Shown piece after piece: positions 44,712-54,900 of a stretch of DNA of 64,000 nt; position 1 is the first letter of the stretch; each line of letters opens with the position of its first letter. The DNA comes from Eledone cirrhosa (taxonomy: Eukaryota): the NCBI GenBank assembly GCA_964016885.1, contig OZ024742.1:232190001-232254000 (forward strand), written 5' to 3'. The translations under genes were made by a program, and so were the position numbers. The notes below the pieces were generated by a model that worked only from the letters and a program-made list of their open reading frames with translations, was not told the origin of the DNA and ran no database searches.

Positions 44712-47700
44712 CCCTAATACTTTATAAACCATGAAAGGATGACAGGCAAAGTTGATCTAGAAAATTTTATGTACAACTCCAATCTATGCATAACCTAGTT
44801 TTAAAAGCAGTTTCCTCTTTCCTGCCTTATGAATCTCCTTTGAAAGCTGTTGTCACATATAGGTGTATGACTTAGTGGTTAGGCTGTTCAGCTGATGATC
44901 GTAATGCCATGAGTTTGATTAGTGGACCATGTGATGTGTTGTCTCCTGTTACTCAAGTCCACTCAGCTGAGTTGTATGTGTAATTCAAGGACTCATTGTT
45001 GAAAATAATGGAGGTCCAACACAAAAACGATATTCTGGTGATTTCCATGACAAACAATTAGTGATTGTCAGAAAATATTTGTGGGAGAATAAAAAAAGAT
45101 GATTTTCCATTGCCTTCCTTTTTTTTCTTTTAACAAGATTTTAGTCACAAGGGCATGTGGTTAGAATGTCTCAGGAAAGAATTGTTGGACAGATTTTACG
45201 GTCAAAACCAACTGGCAAGAAACCCAGGAGCAGACCCCGGGCAAGATGGTTGGATAACATCCATGAGCTTGGCTGGTTACGCTTGGGGATCTAGCCAGAT
45301 CAGTTGGAGATGGTTGCTTCTGACAGGACCCTCGGGAAGGAGTGCTTGAGGACTCTGCCCCCACAACCCTTAGGAATAAGTGGGTGAAGAAGAAGAAAAT
45401 GTTAGACAATTCTAGAGAGATGAAAGAAAAATCGATTTCAGTACTTGACTGGTACTTTATATATGGACTCTGAAAGAGTTAAAGACAAAGTTAACCTCTA
45501 AGATTTGAGTTTTAGTGCCTAGCACTGGAACAAATGCTGTAAGGCATTCTATTTAACACTCTAACGACGCTGTGAAATGACTGCACTGCCTGATCATCAT
45601 ATATTGTCATGCAGAATACTACTGCACCAACTCATCAGATTAATTTTAATAACTGTTTAGTTAACCTTTTCATTACCATGTTCCTAATGAAATTCATTGT
45701 ATTGCAATTAATTAATGAAGAATCTGGTAGGATTTACTAAAAGTATGAATTATTTCATTATTCAAATTTTTATATTAAATTATGTTGAAAGATTTTTATT
45801 TAAATAAGAACCCTTTAAAATATGAAGCTTTGTTTCTTGAACTAGAGGTAGTTTTGAGTGGGTTGGTATCAAAAGGGTTAAATATAAAATATCAAAAATA
45901 TAGTGATTATAGTACTAAAAGCAGGATCTAATAAAACTTACCCACTGCCAATGATGATTTCATCTGTTTCTGCAGCATTAACTCCAATGTTAAGTGAACA
46001 TACTATAGAATTAAAAATAAGAGATTGGATAATACATTCAACTTTACACATATTTCTTGCTTGGCAGCATAATTTATTTTGTTTATTTACATAATTTACT
46101 CTGCTGGGTAGTACTTCTGCTAGGCTTGTAGTAGTGACCTTTACCTCTTTGATATTAACATGCCTGAAACCCATTTTATTCCTTTTCCTCTTTCTTCCTC
46201 TTACGTCACCTAGCCAACAAACTTCTATCTTTTGAGGTAAACTTTACCTAATGCCATCATTGACAGAATTTTACGTTGAGTTTTCCCATTATCCCATATA
46301 TCAAAACCTTTTTCTTCCTCCTCTTCTTCTTGGGAGGGTCGTAGGGGCAGAGTTCTCAAGCATGCCTTCCAGTGGTCCTGTCAGAAGCAAGCATTTCTAA
46401 TTGATCCAGCTTGATCTCCAAGCAAAACCAACCGAGCTCATGCACATTATCCAACCATCTTGTTCAGGGTCTGCCCTTGGGTCTCCTGCTGGTTGGATTT
46501 TGCCTGTAAAATCTGTCTAGCAATTTTTTCTTGAGACATTATAATCACGTGCATAACATTGAAGCTGTGATCTCTCAATTGAGAAAAAAAGTGGCTCTAT
46601 CTAGAGTCATTCTTTGATCTTCCAGCTATGCACTCGAGTAACCTTCAGAGGAACCCCATTTTGGCCACTTGTATTGGTGATTGTATTTCAACAAGACTCT
46701 AGTTCCTTCCACACCCACATTTCTTCTGCACAATTTGTTAATCTTCTTAACACCAACTTATAATCAGGTGAGAGAATTCTGGCCAATTTTAAATTTAAAT
46801 GCTAAAGGGTTAAAAAACAAATGTATTTGATAATGAATATTCTTGTAACAATTTCTATCATTTTACTTCATAAAAACATTAAAAAGATAGAATTCTAAAT
46901 TTTCTGTTGAATAACTTGTCTTCTTTTATTTATTACTGCAGCACCCTAGGCCCAGAGCCAAATGCCCTCCCCTCCCCATTCTTATGTGACACTAGAGCCC
47001 TTGCCTTTCCCTTCCTTTTCTATTTTTTTTAAAGCTTTTTTCTTATTTTACATTCCATTCTTTCTTTTCAATCTAATTTTTTTCTTTTTCTATTAAATTG
47101 TATTTACAAGATATGTTTTTACATAGAATAAAATATATTTAAATACAATATATATATATATATATAAAAGTCACAGGATTTTTAAGAAACATAGCTATCT
47201 CCCATAATTTGTATCATTTTATTTCATAAAAAACAGCAAAAAGTAAAATACTATATTTTCTGCTCTTTTTATTTATTTGCACTGCCCATCCCAAAGAAAA
47301 CAATAAAGAGATCTTATAAATAGCAGTTGTTAAAAGTTTTGCTGTTTAATTAATTAATAATAATTTCTTTAATTTTACTTCATAAAAAAAATCGACATTT
47401 TCTGTTGAATAATTTGTCTTCTTTTATCTATTTCCACCTCAAAACAAAACAAAGAGATTCTAAAAATATCATGTTTGGTGTATTGTGTTGATTAATAATA
47501 AATTCTACTGTTTTACTTTATAAAAACATTTTTAAAAATCAACAGAATTTTACATTTTTTGTTAAATAATTCGTCTTCTTTTATCTAATTTCTTCTCCCC
47601 TCCACAGCTAATGAAGATTAAAAATAACCATGTTTGAGGTGTTGTGTTAGTTAATTACACCCATTTACGCCCAGAATTTCCCATATATAAAACAAACTGC

Positions 47701-48272
47701 CTAACTAAACCCAATAAAACATGTAAATTTGTGACTACAGTAGCTAAGAAATGAAATGAAATTATTTATCAACATGTTTTTCATTAAGATTAAATTACTA
47801 GGAAAAAATAATATATACAAATGATAGCATCTTTATAATAGCTATGAAAATGTGATATACATATATCACATGCACAGGTACAGGCATGGCTATTATGTGG
47901 TTGAGGGGGAGTTCATTTTGCAACCACTGCTTGGCACCTGGGCAAGTAGTGTCTTTTACTATAGCCTTGGGTTGACCAATGCTTTGTGAATGAAATTTAG
48001 TAGATGGAAACTACAGAAGCCGATCATGTGTGCATGTGTGTCCATGTCTGTGTTTACGTTTGTGGCCCATAACTTAGCAGTTTGACAATAAGAGACTGAG
48101 AAAAAGTACCAGACTTGAAAAAATGTATTAGGGTGGATATGATCAACTAAATCTCTTAAAAGCGGTACCCCAGCAAAAACAGTTTGACGACTGAAACCAG
48201 TAAAGGAATAAAATAATAAAATGATATACCTATTAAAATCATAAACAAGGCAAAATAATATACTTTAGTCAT
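33031..48272 (-). CDS. Unrecognised 83-aa secreted/GPI-anchored microprotein precursor (4 coding exons)
   Basis: complement(join(33031..33122,41369..41424,45942..46002,48230..48272)). All three introns GT-AG with pyrimidine-rich acceptors, phases 1,2,1 continuous. Product MTKVYYFALFMILIVCSLNIGVNA-AETDEIIIGSGYCEKAYQVSVKLHDFLGCKGG-PANHVTVPMMTFLIILQLFGMYMSKFL*. Confidence 0.72.
33512..33829. mobile_element. hAT (Charlie/Buster-type) MITE with perfect 8-bp TSD
   Basis: TIRs CAGTGACTCCCAACCT / AGGTTGGGAAACACTG; TSD CCCTAGAC at 33504-33511 and 33830-33837. Confidence 0.93.
34095..36521 (-). mobile_element. hAT Buster/Charlie transposon, internally deleted; ZBED5/FAM200-like transposase remnant
   Basis: TIRs CACAGGTTCTCAACC / AGTTGAGAACCTTTG; TSD GGTTAGAT (34087-34094, 36522-36529). 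HCVIHRQHLA, LLLHNEVRWLSKG, FPSSYLV, GDLRLHL..IQP..QGSH. Confidence 0.93.
35800..36062. repeat. ~40-bp minisatellite inside the hAT element
   Basis: GTGGTCCTAGATGTGTGTATTACCTGCTTATGTGTTGTAT repeated about 6 times, imperfectly. Confidence 0.9.
37128..37460 (-). mobile_element. Young tRNA-derived SINE, full-length third copy
   Basis: Reverse complement of 18403-18785, including the GGAGGCACATGG 5' end. Confidence 0.88.
37615..41048 (-). mobile_element. APE-RT LINE (Proto2/CR1-like), near-complete ORF2 with frameshifts and an ORF1 remnant
   Basis: APE (39677-40696: LLLNVRG, THGGVALYI, DFNLP, SDHNLV), RT (QHGFRPGRSCLTQLL, YLDFAKAFDKVDH, GVPQG, YADD), C-terminus FKKHLDTLLSRIPDEP...RAAAMNSL, tail (GTAAAAGA)-type. 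Clade assignment is tentative. Confidence 0.9.
41369..41424 (-). CDS. Microprotein coding exon 3 (Cys ring)
   Basis: ttgttctattgtatattgtag|A YCEKAYQVSVKLHDFLGC+A|gtaagt. Confidence 0.72.
41477..41670. mobile_element. MITE with CAGACC.GCTAAC / GTT.ACAGGTCTG termini (second copy 58818-58979)
   Basis: The two copies align end to end; apparent 6-bp TSDs. Confidence 0.8.
41671..43807. mobile_element. RTE-clade LINE with 5' inversion (3' part on -, 41671-42850; 5' part on +, 42850-43807)
   Basis: Tail CATCATCATTTAACGTCC at 41671; - strand [26 protein letters not shown] Zn finger; + strand QFGFVSGKSTTDA, AFVDLEKAFDRV, GVHQGSVLSPLLF. Confidence 0.92.
44623..44707. repeat. Compound (TA)n(GA)n(G)n microsatellite
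   Basis: Direct observation. Confidence 0.95.
45942..46002 (-). CDS. Microprotein coding exon 2
   Basis: ctcttatttttaattctatag|TA CSLNIGVNAAETDEIIIGS+GG|gtaagt. Confidence 0.72.
47875..48220 (+). mobile_element. tRNA-derived SINE with LINE-derived (Proto2/CR1-type) tail
   Basis: Head GGCATGGCT..GTGGTT; tail GGTACCCCAGCA...GACTGAAACCAGTAAAGGAATAAAA. Confidence 0.7.
48230..48272 (-). CDS. Microprotein coding exon 1 (signal peptide n/h region)
   Basis: AAT-ATG MTKVYYFALFMILI+G|gtatat. Confidence 0.68.
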
Positions 48273-50097
48273 ATTGGGTGGAGAAGTATTTCCAGTGGCT
48301 TTTTACCCAACTTTATCCTTGTAATTGTTGAATATATGAAATATTCAGTTAGTAAATAACACCAGTGAAACTCATGTAAATTTAATGAGTATTAGTTAAA
48401 AGTTAGATAAATAAACCAATCAAGAATAACTTTTAACAGTGAATGAGTTTCAAAAGTCAACATTTCTTTCTTATCTATGTATTCATTGTAATCATATCAA
48501 GAAGCCGTTATCTTTGACACCCAATATATTACAGTTGTGTCATATGGACAAGATAGTGAAAGTACTGCTTGAACTTATCTGAGTTAATTAAGCCACGAAT
48601 ATTGACAAAACTTAAAGGGCAAACTCTCCAACCAACCCACCCTAAGAAAAAAACAACATTCACATTAAGTCAGCAAGGCCCTGAATATCGATCAAATTAA
48701 TGAAAAAGAGAGAGTTGAAAATATGAACTGAATCTCTCTGTGTGATGCTCACCTGCTTCATGTCTGGACAGAGAACATATCAAAACTCTTACACTTATTT
48801 GCACAAGTCATACATGTGTCCGCACTCCATTGTGGCTCATAAACTAAGTGAGAGACAGCCCGCACCTCCGATGTGCCCCGTGATCTCAAAGATCACCCCA
48901 TCACCTATCCATGTCAAAGTCTGCCAACTACTTAGGTGAGCAGCATTACCATTGTGATCTCAGCAAAACCAGGGTGTCACTTTCGTTCTCCTCTTCTCCA
49001 CTTTCTATGTGGCTTGAGACCTCTGTTGCCGACACCATGGTCTCATCTACCAAGATATCACGAATGTAGGAATTGGTGGCCCTCTTTCCCTAATCCACCT
49101 TTCCCAGAATGGTCTTGAAGACCAAGATCTTTGGTGCCAAATTCAACCCAGTATACCGAACCCTTATACCTAACCAGCTGATACTGCCACAGTTTCTCAA
49201 GTGTATATAGCTGCAGATATGTTGACTTCAAGTCAACAATTGTGGAGACCTCTGTCATTTGTCTCTTGCAAGGTTTCTCCACAGACATCTGTAAACTTGC
49301 CACTTGCATGGCATGACACATGTCCGTTCAGTTCATGAAAGTCCAGCACCAACTTGACCTACTGTAATTAGTGGCAACACTCTGCAAGGGATTAATATAC
49401 TCTCCTCGATCCATCTTTGTACCTCTCCCTCAAACCTGCTCCTAGCATCCCCTTTCAGGGTATGCTGATAGCAGCTCATTCTGTTCTTCAACGTTGGGGG
49501 TTCTCCTTTCTAGTACCACTCAATTATCCACCACTGACCATCATTAATCTCTACATAACATTTCTAATGATGTACATCAGTTTTTTTGTAATTACTGAAG
49601 TATTTTATTTTAATGGATTTGCTTAAACTACTACGATAGTAACTTAATTTTAAGTAAGAACCATATGTTATGTTGGAAGATTTTAATTTAAGTTGGAACC
49701 CTGTAAAATGGTTAGTTTTGTTTCATAGAACAAGAGCTAGTTTTGGGGTAGATTTGTATCAAAAAGACTAAACAACTCTCATTTTCATTCTTTTGCTCAC
49801 TCACTCCTTTCTCTTTGTCAGTCGGTGTAGTATAACAAATATCACTTTACATTTGCTATCACTCACTCACAGTCTATTTCTTGAGAGTAGTCCTTGTTAA
49901 ACAGGGAGAACGAACGTTAAATGATGATGATGATGAATTCATAAGACAAATATCATTGAATACCAATGGTTAAGGAGTTCGCTTCACAATCATTAGATCT
50001 CGGGTTTGATCCTACTGTGTAGCATTTGGGTGGTCATCATTTACCATAATTTTGGGTCAACCCATGCTTTGTGTGGAAGCCCATCGGATGAACTGTA

Positions 50098-50727
50098 ATC
50101 ATCATCAACGTTTAACGTCCGTGTTCCACGCTTGCATGGGTTTGGACGGGGGGTTTTCCCACTTGAGGCAAGAGTGATTGTCTTGCTCGCATAGGACTGT
50201 CTGGCAGGTTTTCTACAGTTGGATGCCCTTCCTAACACCAACCACATTTACAGTGTGGGTCTGGGAGGTTTTTACCGTGTTGCCTACACGGCCACATTAC
50301 AGCGTGGACTGTGTGTTTTTTTGTCGTGACACCTACACGATCTCATTTGTTTCGGCCTGGATGGTGTGGCACCAACACAACTTTACATAGAAGGGGGCGG
50401 TGTGGATGGGGTGGGGGTGTATTTTGTTAGAGATGCCTACTGACTGTAGTAGGTTTTACTATGTATTTAGGTAAGGTGGGTCTTCTCTATTACTGAGTAC
50501 CGCCAAAGGTCTCGGTCCAGTGACATTGTCTTGGAGAGGTGTAAGTGTGTGAGGTCGGAGTTTATCAGCTCATCCCAGGTTTTTCTAGGTCTGCCTGTTC
50601 CGTGGCTACCGTCTATCTTTATTGCCCTGCACTTTGTTATACAGCTATCGACTTTCATGCGCATCACGTGTCCATACCAACGTAGCCTTCTCTCGAGTAA
50701 ACAACATCTGATCCCTCTTATTTCTAA
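50098..50727 (-). mobile_element. RTE LINE 3' end (same family as 41671), nested in an older SINE
   Basis: CRAIKIDGSHGTGRPRKTW plus a 3'UTR and tail like 41671-41860. Confidence 0.88.
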
Positions 50728-51258
50728 TTTAATAGTAATTCTAATTCTAATTTAATAGTAATTCAAAGGGCCAGTCATGTCACACAGTGTTATGCAGAAT
50801 TTTCTTGAGAATTACATTAAGGGTACATATATAGCAGGACAAATGGTAGTAGAATGAATGGTTGTGCTGTGGTGTTGATTCTACTTTGTGTGTACTCACA
50901 TGTGGGTAACTCAGTTGTTTGGTCACTGTTGTGTAGAGTGTAGGAGGTGAGAGAAGATTGATGTGCCTGATACAGTGTGTGTGCAAGTAAGTGAGTAACA
51001 GTGTTTATTATGATGATGATGATAAGATGGTTCCTTGATCATGTAGGAAATGAAATATATAAAAAAACACAATAACCCAAAGCTGGTATGTTACTAATTT
51101 ATTAAATATAACTTCCACAGAAGTTATATGATAATATACAAAGAACAAACAAACACAGATTAATTATGTGTTTGGATGATGTGTATACGAGTTTGTTTGC
51201 GAAGGATTAATTAAAATGTATTTACCAAAACTTTTGTTGATGTGATGAATTTCGCTGG

Positions 51259-51301
<43 letters not shown>

Positions 51302-51784
51302 CTGACTACATGTTAACTCTTAGAATTCAACTCTACGACTCTACTGGCTTGGCCGAGAGCTGGTTATTTACGAATATCGCTTCCTTTGTCTCTCTGACCT
51401 GAGAAGAAGCAGGTGACTCTGATATGTTCAAATTTCAGACATATTGGTGCTTGAAAGCAATTCACAATGTGAACTTATCTATGAGGCCACATAGGTCAGC
51501 TTCTATGGTGGCAAATTTGACAGTGTAAGATAATGTAAAAGGAACTCTATTGGAAAGAGCATCAAATTACTGCTACACATGTGCCCATGGAAATTACACA
51601 TTAATTTCATGAGAAGGCTGTTCCGTTAATCGAGCAACTGCAATACTCATTGTTGAAACTGATGAAGGTTCATTCCATTTCATCATTGAATTAAACACAT
51701 CTATCTAAAGATGTTCAATAGTATTAACAATAAAAAAGTAAAAAAATAATTCAATGCCTTAAAAACATCTATAAAGATCATCAA

Positions 51785-51790
51785 TTTATT
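51785..51790 (-). terminator. Candidate PARS2 polyadenylation signal
   Basis: AATAAA on - strand 76 nt after the stop. Confidence 0.45.
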
Positions 51791-51866
51791 ATTCAGGATA
51801 AATATTACAAAAGAAAATCATAAAATTAGTTATTTGATAATTTAAATACTAAATACCAACAAATTT

Positions 51867-51977
51867 TCATATGGTTTCTGTATTAGAAAGATGATAAGAA
51901 ATTGAATCAACAGACATAAAACTTGATTCAGTTTCATTAGATAATAACACTTCAAACTGTGGTGGGGACTCTAAAGC
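51867..51977 (-). CDS. PARS2: PARS2 last coding exon
   Basis: tttttag|[36 protein letters not shown]. Confidence 0.92.
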   Translation of the reverse strand, partial: ALESPPQFEVLLSNETESSFMSVDSISYHLSNTETI

Positions 51978-54900
51978 CTAAAAAAGAAAGAAAGATAAAA
52001 GAATCACTATTCACAAACATCTTTTATGTCAATTCATTTTATTTATATTGCTGAGATAACATTACAAATATGTTTTAACCCTTTAGCATTTATATTACTC
52101 TATATTTACTATTGTATTTTGTAGTATCTCACATATCGAATCTATGAGATTTTGATATTATTCCTTTTGAGAACAATACCTTAACATCAGTATGATTGGC
52201 CAGTTACGACCAGTTTGAACAAAAAGAGGCGAGAGAATTCTGGCCAGATACAGCTGGTTTCAATGCTAAAGGGTTAAATATATATACATAAATAGCATTG
52301 CAAACAACATTACAAATGCCTTAATAACATTATAAATTGCTTGCAATTTGTTCAGAAGAACATTATATAATGTTGATAAACACAAATATAAAAACATAAA
52401 AGAGATAAAAAAAAAGACGAAAAAAGAGGGAAACAAAAACAAAATCGACCATCAATTTATCACCAAGTACGACAATCAACCACACATCACATCATAAGGG
52501 TTAACTAAACACTTTGAAGCAAGCCAATACGCTCGCAGCATTGCTACAGGTAATGACGAGGCAAAGGTGCTGAAACAACCAGGCACCCACACAAACATCA
52601 CCTGACACCTCAGTAAAGCAAGCCACCAGCGATGATAAGAACTTCGCTGTCAGTGGCCCAACTCCACCAAATGTCTCTAAAGCCAGAGGCTGGGGAAAAT
52701 AACCGTTTGATAGTTCACACTATTTACGGATTTTATTCCATTCGGCAACAGAAGCAGTGACCCTCACATTTACCGCAGCATCCATGATGTAGGAGGGAAC
52801 AAAGGAGTCAATTCATGTAAATCTACATGTATGTACATACACACAAACATATGTATACACATACAAATGTGTATATAAACAAACATATACACACAAACAT
52901 GGGCACATAAATATATATATATACACAAACATATGTACACATAAATATATATATATATATTGTTATACTTTGGGAGGGTCATGTTGCCAATAAGAAACAC
53001 ACGCACCAGTTGCTTTCACTTCAATTTATTATAATAAATTTATAAATTTAGGAATTTATAAATTTCTGGTTGGTTGGTTGGTTCCACAACCAGATAGTTG
53101 TTTATATATATTGTCAAAGTTCTTTCGTCACACATTCTGTGACCTCTTCAGTGACTGGGGATTCTTTTCTTTGTTTTTGTGCCTCTCCTTTGTTCTGTCC
53201 TACGCCAGTTTGTTTCTGTGTGTGTGTTGTGCGCTCAGTCTGCGCATGCGCCACATCCGGGTGTCTGTGTGTGTTTATATTTGTTTATTTATTTGTTTAT
53301 TTACATGTTACCGGTTGGTTGTTTGTTCTATGTGTGTGTTTTCATTTTGTCCTTAATTGTAAGTTGTGATGTTGCTGTTCCACTCATATTTTCTATTTAA
53401 TTTTGGTTGTAATTCTTTTATGTTTATTGCCTCTGTAATTTGTCTAAACATTGCGTCTTTTCTGTGTGTAGATTCTATTTTTATTTCTATGTTCTCTAAT
53501 TTATCCTTATGTTCTATTTTAGCATGTTGGTAGAGTACAGATGATTCTTTACTATCTTGAAGGTCTCGCCAGTGTTCATTTATCCGTTCCCCTACACTAC
53601 GAGCTGTCTCACCTATGTACACTATATTTTTGTCTCTACATTGTCCTTCAGTACATCTTATGCTATATACTACAATTCTAGTTTTACAGTTAATATGGGG
53701 GCTTATTTTACAGGTTATACATTTCTTATCTATACAGGGGGGTCTTTGGAAAGGGTATGTCTTGCTAATAAGTGTTTTTACGGAGGTACCTGGTCTTTCT
53801 ACTATCTTAATATTGAGTTTATGTTTATCTAGGGCCCTTCTAAATTTGTAAACTAATTCACCTCTAGGGGTTGTATCGATGAACATTACGCTCTGGTATT
53901 TATTGCTATCATACCATGAGTTTATTCTATTAGCCTTATTCCTAGTTCTTTCTATTCTATTCCAAAATTTGCTCCTATACAAGGGGCAGGTTCCATTTGT
54001 GTCATTATTTACCATTTTTTCCCATTTGGTTCTGGCTCCTCTATACACTCTGATTCTATCTCTCTGATTGTAACCAGAGAACTGCATACGGTGGATGAAG
54101 TGTTGTATGTGTCTTTCTAGTTCTTCGGGGTTGCACATGCGGGACACGTTTCTCATCACCCGTACCAAATCCGCAATCAGTATGTTGATTTTGGTATGGT
54201 CCGAAACAGCCGAGTTTCGGTGGATCAGATGTTTGGAAGTCATGGGTTTGGCATAATGGGAATGGAGGATTTGTTTTTTGTTATTAATGGTATCTAACCA
54301 GAGCTCTGTGTCTAGTACAGGTAATCGATGGTTGGGGTGTTTACTTGGGTAGTCTATAGTAACTCTAATACTCTGGTGGATGGAGTTAGCTATTTGCTGG
54401 ATGCTTTCCATTGTTTTTCTCTGGTTCCTGACTGTTCTCTAGTGGGGGTGTCTTAACTACGATGTTTATATCGTCAACGTAGCGGGAGTACATTATCAGG
54501 GTTAAGGGGTCTTCTAATTGTTCTTTAATTTTAAGTTTAAGTCTACTGTCACACCATACCATGAATAAGTTAGCTATGTCGCCTGCAATGCTAACACCAA
54601 TGGCTGCTCCTTCCTCTTGGGCATATGTTTTTCCATTAAATTTGAACATATGTTCCTTAAGGGTTAGTTTTATGCTGGCCCCTACCGCATGTGCAATCAT
54701 TTTCTTCAGTTCATCGTGGTTTTCGGGTGTCCGTATGGCTCTGGTCCACCCGTTCCATCTATCTGTGTGGGTTTTCTTGGCCATTGAGGTAATGGTAGGT
54801 GGTCTGCCTCTTGCTGGTCTTGTAGGGCACAGGTTGCTAAGGTCATATGTGTCTAGGTAATTATTACTATAGGTAAGTTTAAGTAGGAGTCCCAGCTCGC

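Noticed and set aside
45938-46174. 78-aa single-exon ORF MGFRHVN...
   Set aside because: Only 45942-46002 is bounded by splice sites; the upstream part reads through a polypyrimidine tract, and the 48230-48272 exon gives a better signal peptide.
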